Shown here piece after piece: positions 19,199-28,993 of a DNA stretch of 64,000 nt (position 1 is the first letter of the stretch; the number at the start of each line of letters is the position of its first letter). Source of the stretch: Bacteroidetes bacterium UBA7662 (GTDB lineage: Bacteria > Bacteroidota > Bacteroidia > UBA7662); NCBI GenBank assembly GCA_002483345.1, contig DLHS01000016.1:21956-85955 (forward strand), given 5' to 3'. The translations under genes and the position numbers were made by a program. Under the pieces are notes generated by a model that was not told the DNA's origin, did no database searches, and worked only from the letters and a program-made list of their open reading frames with translations.

Positions 19199-20304
19199 GA
19201 TTCATAAAATTCCCGGATACAGCTTGCAACATAATTAATTTGTTCCTCCGTGAGCTCAGGATAAATAGGCAGGGACAGAATTTGCGACTGATAAGACGTA
19301 GCTACCGGGAAATCTGCCGGCTGATGTCCGAGATACTGATAGGCTTTAAGATTTGGCAGGGCAGTTGGGTAGTGGATGGCCGTTTCAACCTGCTTTCTTT
19401 TAAGGAACGTCATCAGGTCATCTCTTCTTTGGGCCCGAATTACATAAAGGTGAAAGGAGTGTTTGGAGTCAGGTCTTCTTGCTGGTGTCACAATTTGCGG
19501 AATGCCTTGTAAAGCTTTGTCGTACAAACTTGCACAGCGAATCCTTGCCTCTGTCCAATCGAGTATGTAAGGTAATTTTGCCGAAAGGATGGCTGCCTGC
19601 AAACCATCTAACCGGCTGTTGATTCCTTCAATCTGATGTTCATGTTTTTGGAGTGCCCCGTGTCGTGCATACATTTTGCATTTTTCAGCCAATTCGGCAT
19701 TGTTGGTAAGTATGCATCCTGCATCGCCATAGGCCCCCAGATTTTTACCAGGGTAAAAGCTGAAAGAAGCGGCAATACCAAAACTACCCACTCGTTTTCC
19801 CCCAAGCTCCGAAAAATGTGATTGTGCACAGTCTTCAATAACAGGAATACCATATTTATCTGCAATTGCGCAAATAGCTGTAATGTTAGCCGCCTGTCCT
19901 TGCAGATGTACCGGAATAATTGCTTTGGTCCGAGGGGTTATCCTTGCCTCAAGCATCGTTTCATCCATGCTATAATAAACAGGATCTATATCAACGAAAA
20001 CAGGCTTGGCACCTGTTTGGGAAATGGTTTCTGAAGAAGAAATCCAGCTGTTCGCCACGGTAATTACTTCGTCACCGTTCCCGATACCCAACATTTTCAT
20101 AATAATGTACAGAGAATCAGTACCATTGGCAACTGAAATACAATGCTTGATACCATAAAGGGATGAAAAGGCAGCTTCAAAATCTGTAACTGGTTTACCT
20201 CCAATAAAAGCTGTGTTTTCAATAACGTCAGAAATAGCGCTGTCTATTTCTTTCTTTATAGAATAATACTGTGCTTTTAAATCAACAAAAGGAACTTTTT
20301 GCAT
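19195..20304 (-). CDS. DegT-family aminotransferase (WbpE-like, UDP-2-acetamido-3-amino-2,3-dideoxy-hexuronate forming)
   Basis: VPFVDLKAQYYSIKKEIDSAI...CISVANGTDSLYI is a DegT/WbpE signature. Operon context with WbpD-like and WbpB-like genes. Confidence 0.8.
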   Translation of the reverse strand: MQKVPFVDLKAQYYSIKKEIDSAISDVIENTAFIGGKPVTDFEAAFSSLYGIKHCISVANGTDSLYIIMKMLGIGNGDEVITVANSWISSSETISQTGAKPVFVDIDPVYYSMDETMLEARITPRTKAIIPVHLQGQAANITAICAIADKYGIPVIEDCAQSHFSELGGKRVGSFGIAASFSFYPGKNLGAYGDAGCILTNNAELAEKCKMYARHGALQKHEHQIEGINSRLDGLQAAILSAKLPYILDWTEARIRCASLYDKALQGIPQIVTPARRPDSKHSFHLYVIRAQRRDDLMTFLKRKQVETAIHYPTALPNLKAYQYLGHQPADFPVATSYQSQILSLPIYPELTEEQINYVASCIREFYES

Positions 20305-20309
20305 ATAAG

Positions 20310-20765
20310 TTATTTAATTTTTTTGGCAGGATTTCCTGCATAAACTCCTGGCTGATGAATATCTTTTGTAACTACTGCCCCGGCACCAATAACCACATTA
20401 TCACATATGGTAACAGGAAGTATCGTTGCATTACTGCCAATGCTCACCTGATTCCCTATACGTGTTGACTTCCACAAGGTCTTGTCGCCTCTTGCCGGAC
20501 CACCTTTTGCAAAAAGGTCATTGATAAACATGACTCCATGACCGATAAAACAATCATCGCCAATATTAACCAGCTCACAAATAAATGAATGTGACTGGAT
20601 TTTAGTACGATGACCTATGATCACGTCTTTCTGGATCTCTACGAAAGGGCCAACAAAACAAGCATCTCCAATGGTACAGCCATATATATTAACAGGTTCA
20701 ACGATTTTGACTGATGAGCCAAACTGAACGTCTTTGATGGCAGAAGTATATAATGTAGGGCTCAT
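20310..20765 (-). CDS. Hexapeptide-repeat N-acetyltransferase (WbpD-like)
   Basis: 151 aa left-handed beta-helix protein. Adjacent to the WbpB/WbpE homologues. Confidence 0.7.
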   Translation of the reverse strand: MSPTLYTSAIKDVQFGSSVKIVEPVNIYGCTIGDACFVGPFVEIQKDVIIGHRTKIQSHSFICELVNIGDDCFIGHGVMFINDLFAKGGPARGDKTLWKSTRIGNQVSIGSNATILPVTICDNVVIGAGAVVTKDIHQPGVYAGNPAKKIK

Positions 20766-21778
20766 GACGCATTTTGTTTAACCGATTGATAAATCTTATC
20801 AATGATTTCAACAGTTTTCAGTCCCTCAAAAGAATTGGTAGAAATTGTGCTTCCATTGTTCAGAACATCTATTACATTTTCATATACCTTATCATGATTT
20901 GACATGGAACCCTGGTACTTACCATAGTTATTTGCCGTATTTCCAACAGGCAAATCTTTAAATTCAAATCCATCAATGTTCTGGTATTCCAACTCATTCA
21001 GATACTGACCTCCGATTTTTACGGTTCCTTTTTCCGCAAAAATGGTCAGTGATCCTTCCATATTTTTGCCATAGCTGTTAACAGTGTAATTTACAGTACC
21101 TATGGCACCGTTGTAGAACTGCATCACAACTGCGCCTGTGTCTTCAAATTCAATCACACCTTCATGGGCATAATTACCCATAAAAGCATGTACTTGTTTT
21201 ACATCACCCACTATCCAATAAAGTAAATCAATAAAATGGCTGAACTGAGTGTACAGCGTTCCGCCATCAAGTGCTTTAGTTCCTTTCCAGGAATTTTCGT
21301 AATAATCAAAGTTCCTGTTCCAGAAACAGCTGAGCTGAACACTGTAAATCTTACCCATTATACCCTCATCAATGGCCTTCTTGACTGCAGCAACCGGTGG
21401 ATTAAATCTGTTCTGTTTTATGGCAAACAAGCGTTTGTTATTTTTTTCCGCAGTTTTAATCATTTCACCACAATCATAAACACTGATTGCCATAGGTTTT
21501 TCACATAAGACATGATATCCTGCATTCAATGCTGCAATGGCGTGCTGAGCATGGAGCCCGTTAGGGCTGCTTATGGTCACAACATCTACATCGGGTTTTG
21601 CAGTCAGGAGTTCTTCTATCGAAAAAAACACCCGGGCATCATATTTCTTGCCGAGAGAATTAGCCTTTTCAGGTTCTATATCGCATACTGCCACTAACTC
21701 CCCTAGTCTTGCTATATGTTCGGCATGGCGTTGTGCAATCCGTCCACAACCAACAATTGCAAATTTAATTTTTTTCAT
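20762..21778 (-). CDS. Gfo/Idh/MocA-family oxidoreductase (WbpB-like UDP-GlcNAcA 3-dehydrogenase)
   Basis: KFAIVGCGRIAQRHAEHI N-terminal Rossmann of the Gfo/Idh/MocA family. 338 aa. Confidence 0.8.
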   Translation of the reverse strand: MKKIKFAIVGCGRIAQRHAEHIARLGELVAVCDIEPEKANSLGKKYDARVFFSIEELLTAKPDVDVVTISSPNGLHAQHAIAALNAGYHVLCEKPMAISVYDCGEMIKTAEKNNKRLFAIKQNRFNPPVAAVKKAIDEGIMGKIYSVQLSCFWNRNFDYYENSWKGTKALDGGTLYTQFSHFIDLLYWIVGDVKQVHAFMGNYAHEGVIEFEDTGAVVMQFYNGAIGTVNYTVNSYGKNMEGSLTIFAEKGTVKIGGQYLNELEYQNIDGFEFKDLPVGNTANNYGKYQGSMSNHDKVYENVIDVLNNGSTISTNSFEGLKTVEIIDKIYQSVKQNAS

Positions 21779-22905
21779 ATACTGGGCTTTTCAAGGTATA
21801 AATTAAGGTAGGTCTTGGCAATTTGAGTCCATGAGAATGGTGCGACCGCCTGAACAGCTTCCCTACTTGCCGTTTCGAAATTGTCAGCTATTTTTTTGAT
21901 AGCTTCAATACTCTCGTTCATATTGTTTGGTTGTACCGGAATTGCAAAGCTACTCTTTTCAAAATAACCATCTATTCCCTGCCCTGCAGTATGTATAACA
22001 GGTAAACCCTGACTCAGCGCCTCCAAATAAACCAAACCAAATGTTTCAAGCTTACTGATCATGACAAAAATATCATGTTCTCCATAAAGCGCCCGCATGG
22101 CAGTGGCTCCTTCAACCTTTCCGACAAATTTCACAAAACTAAAGTCTTCTTGCTTTAAAGCCTTTAAAACACTTTCATGACCATCTCCGCCCCCTCCGGC
22201 AAGCGTGAGTGTTACAGGACGTTCTCCAGATAGTGCTTTTATCACGCTAAGAAGAAGTAAAATGTTTTTATTGAAGGTAAAATCACCTACGTACAATATC
22301 CTCAATGGATTATGGGGTACAGGCCGGGATTCCTGATTTTCAAACCAATCAGGAGTTAATCCGTTTGGTATCACAGTCGCATTCAAAATACGCTCCTTCA
22401 GTTGCCCGGCAATATATTTATCCGCAACCTGCTTCCGATACGACGGTGTAACAAATATGCACTGCCTGGCATTTGACAGAATATTTTGTCCATGTCCTCT
22501 CAGATGAATCATATATTTAAAAAACATATTTACATCTGTATTCCTGACTGCTGTAATATATGGGATTGAAAATTGCTGCTTTAATTTCAAGGCAACACCC
22601 CCGTCACTGAATAAGAAGTGAGCATGGATGATGTCTATTCCTTTTATTTCCACTTTGGACAGAACATCCTCATAAATGGTATTGATTTTTGATTTGTAAA
22701 GTATACGGTGTTTTGGCTCAAGAATATGGGCATAAATAACAACTGTATCCGGTACATTAGGGATATCGTACTTCCCAACTTCTGCTGCTGTCCTGACAGG
22801 TACATAAATGGTTTGACGGATTCCCATTTGTGCAAGCGACAGAAAAAGTTCTTTGTACAGCTTTTGTCTGGAATAATCGGAGCACAAATGAAGCACATGT
22901 ATCAT
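21775..22905 (-). CDS. Glycosyltransferase family 4
   Basis: 376 aa GT-B protein. Overlapping start and stop with neighbours. Confidence 0.75.
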   Translation of the reverse strand: MIHVLHLCSDYSRQKLYKELFLSLAQMGIRQTIYVPVRTAAEVGKYDIPNVPDTVVIYAHILEPKHRILYKSKINTIYEDVLSKVEIKGIDIIHAHFLFSDGGVALKLKQQFSIPYITAVRNTDVNMFFKYMIHLRGHGQNILSNARQCIFVTPSYRKQVADKYIAGQLKERILNATVIPNGLTPDWFENQESRPVPHNPLRILYVGDFTFNKNILLLLSVIKALSGERPVTLTLAGGGGDGHESVLKALKQEDFSFVKFVGKVEGATAMRALYGEHDIFVMISKLETFGLVYLEALSQGLPVIHTAGQGIDGYFEKSSFAIPVQPNNMNESIEAIKKIADNFETASREAVQAVAPFSWTQIAKTYLNLYLEKPSI

Positions 22906-24032
22906 CTGGAGTAATAGCCCTTTTCTCTTAGTTTATTTACAAAAGACTTTAGCTTTTGTACTCTTTCAAAATTATTGGGGTAATCTCTGAACGTTTTAGG
23001 AGGCAGAGCCATGATAGCATCAAAAGATGCTTCATTTAACTCAAATTTCTTGATAACAAAATCCTTGTCCTGCCTGAAGAGTTTTTCATCATAACCAGGC
23101 AATTCCATTTGTTTCAGCGCATCCTCCCGGCTTATCTGTCCCGACTTAATCAAATCTGATAAATGAGCTTTGCGTTTATCTATTCCAAATTTCCGGGGCA
23201 GAATATAACCCTGAAAAAATCTTGTATAGACCGACTCATAGTGTTTACCTCCGTAATAAACCCAGCCAAGCTCAGATTGAAGAATCTCCATCACGGCATC
23301 CTTCTTATAATCTACATAGTTTAATATTGAAATTACTTTAATTCGTTTTACAATATTCCACCAGAACAAATCAAAGAAAGTGTATTTGGGATATCGGTTC
23401 AATTTAGCTGTCCCGAAAATCTTTTGAATTGACTTAATATACTTCCAATCACTGTGTCCATATGCCCATCCGGGTACACTAATGGATTCTGCCGCGAAAT
23501 TCATTCCATTTATAATATACTTGATTCCCCTCTTATTAGCCTCCCTGAACAGCAAGGCATTGATGGCATGATCTGTCGGGATTTCACCATCCGGTGTGGA
23601 AGCCTTTAAAAATGAAAGCTGCAAATCTTTAAATTCTTCCCAATCAATGACATAAGTATATAAGTCAATGCCCAGGTGATCCAGTGTCTTTTCTATATTA
23701 CTTACAGCTAATTCAGAATTCCATCCGTTATCAAAGTGAATGGCCAGGGGCCGGATGCCCAGTTGTTTGGTTAAATAGGCCACATAGGTGCTGTCAACAC
23801 CTCCGCTCACGCCAATGATACAATCGTATTCCTTCCCGTTACCGGATGCCTTTATTTTTTCTATCAGTATGCTGAGTTTCTGATCAGCCTCCTGTCCGCT
23901 AAATACCCTTCTATGGAGTTCGCTGTTATACCTCAGACAATGATTGCAGATTCCCTTGCTGTCAAATGTAATGTCCGGATCAGAAGTATCCATTATACAC
24001 TGGGTACATATTTTATAGGCGAGATCTTTCAT
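22902..24032 (-). CDS. N-acetyl sugar amidotransferase (WbpG/WbuX/PseA-like PP-loop ATPase)
   Basis: N-terminal Cys cluster (CTQC...CNHC) and PP-loop IIGVSGGVDSTYVAYL. 376 aa. Immediately followed by HisH/HisF paralogs as in wbpG-hisF-hisH and wbuXYZ clusters. Confidence 0.8.
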   Translation of the reverse strand: MKDLAYKICTQCIMDTSDPDITFDSKGICNHCLRYNSELHRRVFSGQEADQKLSILIEKIKASGNGKEYDCIIGVSGGVDSTYVAYLTKQLGIRPLAIHFDNGWNSELAVSNIEKTLDHLGIDLYTYVIDWEEFKDLQLSFLKASTPDGEIPTDHAINALLFREANKRGIKYIINGMNFAAESISVPGWAYGHSDWKYIKSIQKIFGTAKLNRYPKYTFFDLFWWNIVKRIKVISILNYVDYKKDAVMEILQSELGWVYYGGKHYESVYTRFFQGYILPRKFGIDKRKAHLSDLIKSGQISREDALKQMELPGYDEKLFRQDKDFVIKKFELNEASFDAIMALPPKTFRDYPNNFERVQKLKSFVNKLREKGYYSR

Positions 24033-24784
24033 AGCGAATTTAGATTTGCAATTTCATCCTGAGTGGGGTAGTTTATCAAAACAGCCCTGTGTTTTCCTTT
24101 ATATACAAAGAAGCTGCCAGCTGCCACTGAAGAAGCTTTCCCAATTTTGAGTGCATCAGCAATGTGAGAAATATTACCTGCCCCGCCACTGGCTACAATT
24201 GGCACATTTACGGCATTGGCAACACTTTTAGTAAGCTCCAGATCAAAACCAGACATACTTCCTTCCTTATCAACAGACTGAATAATGATTTCTCCTACTC
24301 CGGCTGCAACTACCTGTCTGGCAAAATCTTCCGGTGTCCATTTGTGTTTAACGGTACCGCTTTTGCTGTACACCTGATAGGAACCAAAAAAAGACTTTTT
24401 GGCATCTATGGAGACTACGATGCTTTGATTGCCATAAATGGAAGCGGCCTTTGCAAGTAATTCAAAATCGAAGGCAGCAGAATTCATAATAACTTTTTCA
24501 ACTCCCAGATCAAAAATCCTGCGTATCTGCTCAATATTCCTGATCCCCCCCCCATAACCAACCGGCATGAAACATTCACTTACAATATCTTTTATCCAGG
24601 CATAGTTGGGCTCTCTTTGTTGCGTACTGGCTTCAATATCACATAATACCAATTCATCAACCTCTTTTTCGTTGAATATCCTGACAGCATTGATCGGATC
24701 TCCAATGTAAACAGGGTTCTTGAAATTAACAGTCTTCACCAATCCCTTCCCTTTGAGCAACAATACCGGTATAAGTCTTATCAT
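24029..24784 (-). CDS. HisF-like imidazole glycerol phosphate synthase cyclase subunit paralog (WbuZ-like)
   Basis: MIRLIPVLLLKGKGLVKTVNF matches the HisF N-terminus. ATG at 24784 sits 2 nt after the hisH-like stop. The upstream in-frame Met at 24862 would overlap. Confidence 0.85.
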   Translation of the reverse strand: MIRLIPVLLLKGKGLVKTVNFKNPVYIGDPINAVRIFNEKEVDELVLCDIEASTQQREPNYAWIKDIVSECFMPVGYGGGIRNIEQIRRIFDLGVEKVIMNSAAFDFELLAKAASIYGNQSIVVSIDAKKSFFGSYQVYSKSGTVKHKWTPEDFARQVVAAGVGEIIIQSVDKEGSMSGFDLELTKSVANAVNVPIVASGGAGNISHIADALKIGKASSVAAGSFFVYKGKHRAVLINYPTQDEIANLNSL

Positions 24785-24786
24785 TT

Positions 24787-25404
24787 TCACAACTCTAAAA
24801 AATTCTGGAAAAGGCGCATCCCAAACTTGTGACTCTTTTCCGGATGAAACTGTACTGCCCAAATATTATCCTTATGCAAACCCGCAGCAAATGGAGTCTT
24901 GTATGCAGCTGTACATAATACATCCGAAGGCTGGTTACTGTGCATATAGTAGGAATGAACAAAATAAAACCTGGGATTCTCCGGCAGATTCTTTAGCAAT
25001 TCCGTTTCATTTTCAAATTGAATGGTATTCCACCCCATATGGGGTATCCTTATGTTCTCTTCATTCGGAAGTTTCGAGAAATGAAGTACTTCGGCATCAA
25101 AAAAACCAAATCCAGGCATAGTCCCTTCCTCTGACCTTTGGGTCAACAACTGCGCCCCCAAACAAATACCCAGTAAAGGCCGCTCTTTCTGCTGCACATA
25201 CGCTTTCACAGCTTCTACTAAATTATTGTCTGACAGCATCTTCATCCCATGATCAAAATGCCCTACACCTGGCAGTATTAATTTATCCGCACCCAATATT
25301 TCGTCAGGACTGCTGACAATTTTACTTGTCCCCCCCAGCCTGCGAATCATGTTAACAATAGAGCCTATGTTTCCCGCTCCGTAGTCAATGATACTTATCA
25401 TCAA
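24787..25404 (-). CDS. HisH-like glutamine amidotransferase paralog (WbuY-like)
   Basis: IIDYGAGNIGS, GVGHF and PHMGWN are class-I GATase motifs. Confidence 0.85.
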   Translation of the reverse strand: MMISIIDYGAGNIGSIVNMIRRLGGTSKIVSSPDEILGADKLILPGVGHFDHGMKMLSDNNLVEAVKAYVQQKERPLLGICLGAQLLTQRSEEGTMPGFGFFDAEVLHFSKLPNEENIRIPHMGWNTIQFENETELLKNLPENPRFYFVHSYYMHSNQPSDVLCTAAYKTPFAAGLHKDNIWAVQFHPEKSHKFGMRLFQNFLEL

Positions 25405-26570
25405 AGCAGCTCTTCTATATCATTCATTCCAAAGTCTTTCAAAACAACCGTTTTACCAGTTCTGTATGCTTCAACCCCAGCGAGCGCTACCACCACTGAT
25501 CTGGCAGCGTCGAATACTGTACAATCTAACTTACCCTTTCCCTTGACAGTATTCATAAAGTTTTCTGCAGAATTTCTGACCGCCATGGAGTGTTCATAAA
25601 GTCTGATGGGATAATATCCAATATTGTATTGGGCATTATAAGGGTATGACCGCATCAGCCATTCAAAAAGTTTGGAGTAGGTAGCGATGACTGTTTCTTT
25701 TATCCATGCCAGTTTCCTGCCTTGCATGGTATTTCTGATCGGAGTAGCAAATATTTCAAAACTCCCGTCTTTGTCAAACAGCATATTGTTGAAGATGCTC
25801 TTATCATTACCATAAACCTGAACCGTATGGTCTTGCGGTCTTCCGGCACCGAAGGCAGTTACTACTTTCCCAATTATACCTGACCTGAACTTAAGCAGGA
25901 CTACATTTAAATCACTCTCCGGATATTCAGGGAAACAAATATTGTTTGCCATGGCTGATACCTCTACAATCTCATCATCAACAACCCACCTGAGAAGGTC
26001 GACGAAGTGAATCCCTGAATAAATGAGTGGGGTAGCGTTCTCAACCAACCGCCAGTTATCGTATTCAAAAGCTCGTTTGGTAAGGTTGTGTACATAGTAT
26101 CCTTCTATATATCCAACTTTCCCAAGCACACCACTGCTGACGATATCCTTGATTTTACGGTGTATAGGCAAACACCTCATCTGGTGTTGAACGCCGACTA
26201 CAATGTCAGGATGTGCTTTTACACATTTCAGAATATCTCTTATCCCTTCGACAGAATCGGTCAGAGGTTTTTCGCACAATACATGTTTACCATGTTCCAC
26301 ACTCCGGCAGATATATTTTGCATGGGTGCTATCTGGTGAAGAAACAACCACGATATCAATTCCACTTTCAAGAAATGCATCAAAATCCGATGTGAGGAAT
26401 AGGTCTGCCCTATGATTCCTTGCCCGTTCAAAGGCTGGCTCTTTTATGTCGAATACACTGATTACAGAACAGTCATCAAACGATTCAAAGTGTTTGTACA
26501 GAGCCATGCCTGCTCCTCCAAAACCTACGATTCCGATGTAGTACTTTTCTTTTATCTTAATTTTATCCAT
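25401..26570 (-). CDS. Gfo/Idh/MocA-family oxidoreductase
   Basis: N-terminal IGIVGFGGAGMALYKHF Rossmann fold, with VLCEKP motif. 389 aa. Confidence 0.75.
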   Translation of the reverse strand: MDKIKIKEKYYIGIVGFGGAGMALYKHFESFDDCSVISVFDIKEPAFERARNHRADLFLTSDFDAFLESGIDIVVVSSPDSTHAKYICRSVEHGKHVLCEKPLTDSVEGIRDILKCVKAHPDIVVGVQHQMRCLPIHRKIKDIVSSGVLGKVGYIEGYYVHNLTKRAFEYDNWRLVENATPLIYSGIHFVDLLRWVVDDEIVEVSAMANNICFPEYPESDLNVVLLKFRSGIIGKVVTAFGAGRPQDHTVQVYGNDKSIFNNMLFDKDGSFEIFATPIRNTMQGRKLAWIKETVIATYSKLFEWLMRSYPYNAQYNIGYYPIRLYEHSMAVRNSAENFMNTVKGKGKLDCTVFDAARSVVVALAGVEAYRTGKTVVLKDFGMNDIEELL

Positions 26571-26595
26571 AGGACAATAGGTAATAAAATTGAAC

Positions 26596-27537
26596 TTAAT
26601 TTCTTGTATTGTATTCTTTTATTTCAGCATTAATATATAGCTGAGGATCATCCTTCTCTAATAAATTTTCCGCAATCAAACCAGCGAAAAAGGTGGAGAA
26701 TATATGGGCTCCCTTTTCATTAAGGTGCTCCAGATCAGCAAAATGCTGGTTTCCGAGAGCCAGTTGTTTAAAGTCAAGAAAAACGACCCCATCCAGCAAT
26801 TCCTGTCTGTTCTTCTGAAAAAAAGCTTCGTTCTGTAAATAAGGCCAGGCCGGATGGAGGGGTGTTCTGATCAGGTAAAGGGATACTTTTTTCTCTTTGC
26901 ATAATGCTACTATCTTCAACAAATAGTGCATATTCAACTTGGCCATATCTGCAGGTAATATCGTCTCCTGAGAAGCTATGTTCACAAATGAATCGGTAAG
27001 CAGTCGGGTCAAAGGGGAAAAACCGCCCAATGAATGATTTGTCAATACATTGACAGAGGTCATTGCCTCCCTACTTACTTTTGGCAGTGCCTTGATATGT
27101 GTTTTTATAAAAGGTAATTCGTTATTAAGCGTCAGATGTTCAAACTCTTCTTTTCCTAAAAGAGCGTAGTACAACGGGTATCTTGAATTCAGATAATTTT
27201 CCGAATAAATAATGGAATCCTGCTGCTTATCAACCTGGAAGTTGCAAAAATCAACAAAAACATGTTCAATATGAGCATTCGTTTCCAATACATTCTTAAT
27301 CTTCAAATAGGTGAACATATAGATTTCACTGGATTGAGAAATATTCACAAAACCATCCAGAGATGTATTCATGGAACACTCAAGGTGAGAATCTCCCACC
27401 ACCAGATACTTTTTTGATTCAGGTATTCTGAAATAATCAGCATCGTATTGGCATAAATAACCAATCCAGGAGGCAATTAAAAGAACAACTACAAAAAGCA
27501 AACTGAACTTAGCCGAATCAACTAAAAAATTTCTCAT
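26596..27537 (-). CDS. Signal-anchored SGNH/GDSL-like protein, putative O-acetyltransferase partner of MBOAT (AlgJ/AlgX/PatB-like)
   Basis: N-terminal signal anchor. VVGDSHLE (block I GDSH) and C-terminal DLEHLN (DxxH). Immediately downstream of the MBOAT gene. ATG at 27537 chosen, which removes the 77-nt overlap. Confidence 0.45.
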   Translation of the reverse strand: MRNFLVDSAKFSLLFVVVLLIASWIGYLCQYDADYFRIPESKKYLVVGDSHLECSMNTSLDGFVNISQSSEIYMFTYLKIKNVLETNAHIEHVFVDFCNFQVDKQQDSIIYSENYLNSRYPLYYALLGKEEFEHLTLNNELPFIKTHIKALPKVSREAMTSVNVLTNHSLGGFSPLTRLLTDSFVNIASQETILPADMAKLNMHYLLKIVALCKEKKVSLYLIRTPLHPAWPYLQNEAFFQKNRQELLDGVVFLDFKQLALGNQHFADLEHLNEKGAHIFSTFFAGLIAENLLEKDDPQLYINAEIKEYNTRN

Positions 27538-27544
27538 GGTAGTC

Positions 27545-28993
27545 CTAGAACTGAAAATAAATAAATTCCTGCTCGCGGCCGTTAAAAAGGAAAATACAGA
27601 ATAGTATAACCCCATATACAACCCATCTTACATTCCGTTTCCACGGGTTCATAAAATGCTGTATAGCATACTGGCTTTCTCTGCCAATCCATTCAATCAG
27701 CATAAATATGACTACCAGTATCAAAGTTGACACTGCCAATCCAATTCCCGGGAAATACGGAATTTTGAACAGATCCCATGTAAACATCCCTTGCAAATAA
27801 CTAAAGGCATGTCCTACGTTTTCAGCTCTGAAGAAAATCCAGGCCAAAACTGTGAGCGAAAACGTAATCGAAATAGAGAAAAACTCCCTGAGGGTAGGGA
27901 AATACCTGCCAGCTGCCACTATATCAAGATTTACCCTGTTTTTACCCCTCAGCAATGAGGGTAAAAAATAGAGTGCATTCAGCCCTCCCCATATTATGAA
28001 AGTCCAGTTGGCACCATGCCAAAATCCGCTTACCAGAAATATTATAAATGTGTTCCTTATTTTAAAACCCATGGAACCTCTGCTGCCACCTAAGGGGATG
28101 TATAAATAATCTCTGAACCAGGAAGACAAAGAAATGTGCCATCTCCTCCAGAATTCAGCTATATCTCGAGAAAAGTATGGGTATGCAAAATTCCTTAACA
28201 AATCAATCCCAAATAAACGAGCAGTACCAAGAGCTATGTCAGAGTATCCTGAAAAGTCACAATATATCTGAAACGTGAAGAACAATGCTCCAAGAAGCAG
28301 GGTACTGCCTGAATAGTCAGAAGAGTTATTAAAAATAATATTGGCATATTCCGCACAGTTGTCCGCTATGACCACTTTTTTAAAGAGACCCCATAAAATC
28401 TGCTTCAATCCATCTACTGCCTGTAACCGGCTAAAAACACGCATTTTCTGAATCTGGGGCAGAAGGTGCGTTGCCCTTTCGATAGGACCTGCCACCAGTA
28501 ACGGAAAAAAACTTACAAAAACAGAGTAGTCTACAACATTCTTTTCTGCCTTGATCTTACCGTTATAGATATCGATAACGTATGACAATCCGTGAAAGGT
28601 ATAGAATGAAATACCTACCGGCAGAATAACATTTAAAGTGAACACATCCACACCTATACCCAAACTGTCAAGACCTGAAGCAAATGAGGTGACAAAAAAA
28701 TTATAGTATTTGAACACTCCCAGAAATCCAAGATTTACAATTATGCTCAACCAAAACCAGAATTTCTTTTTTCTGACATCTATCGCTTCTTCAATTTTGA
28801 TTCCGGAGTAGTAGTCCAGAAATGTGGAGAACATCAACAGGAAGAGGAAACGATAATCCCAGCAGGCATAAAAATAATAGCTTGCAACGAGCAACAAAAT
28901 ATTCTGAAGACGCAGACTTTTATTGACCACAAACCAATAGAAAAAAAACACTATTGGTAAAAATATGACGAATTCAATAGAATTAAACAGCAT
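27545..28993 (-). CDS. MBOAT-family membrane-bound O-acyltransferase (AlgI/DltB/PatA-like)
   Basis: 482 aa polytopic protein. Conserved FWRRWHISLSSWFRDYLYIPLGGSR with the catalytic His. Confidence 0.85.
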   Translation of the reverse strand: MLFNSIEFVIFLPIVFFFYWFVVNKSLRLQNILLLVASYYFYACWDYRFLFLLMFSTFLDYYSGIKIEEAIDVRKKKFWFWLSIIVNLGFLGVFKYYNFFVTSFASGLDSLGIGVDVFTLNVILPVGISFYTFHGLSYVIDIYNGKIKAEKNVVDYSVFVSFFPLLVAGPIERATHLLPQIQKMRVFSRLQAVDGLKQILWGLFKKVVIADNCAEYANIIFNNSSDYSGSTLLLGALFFTFQIYCDFSGYSDIALGTARLFGIDLLRNFAYPYFSRDIAEFWRRWHISLSSWFRDYLYIPLGGSRGSMGFKIRNTFIIFLVSGFWHGANWTFIIWGGLNALYFLPSLLRGKNRVNLDIVAAGRYFPTLREFFSISITFSLTVLAWIFFRAENVGHAFSYLQGMFTWDLFKIPYFPGIGLAVSTLILVVIFMLIEWIGRESQYAIQHFMNPWKRNVRWVVYGVILFCIFLFNGREQEFIYFQF

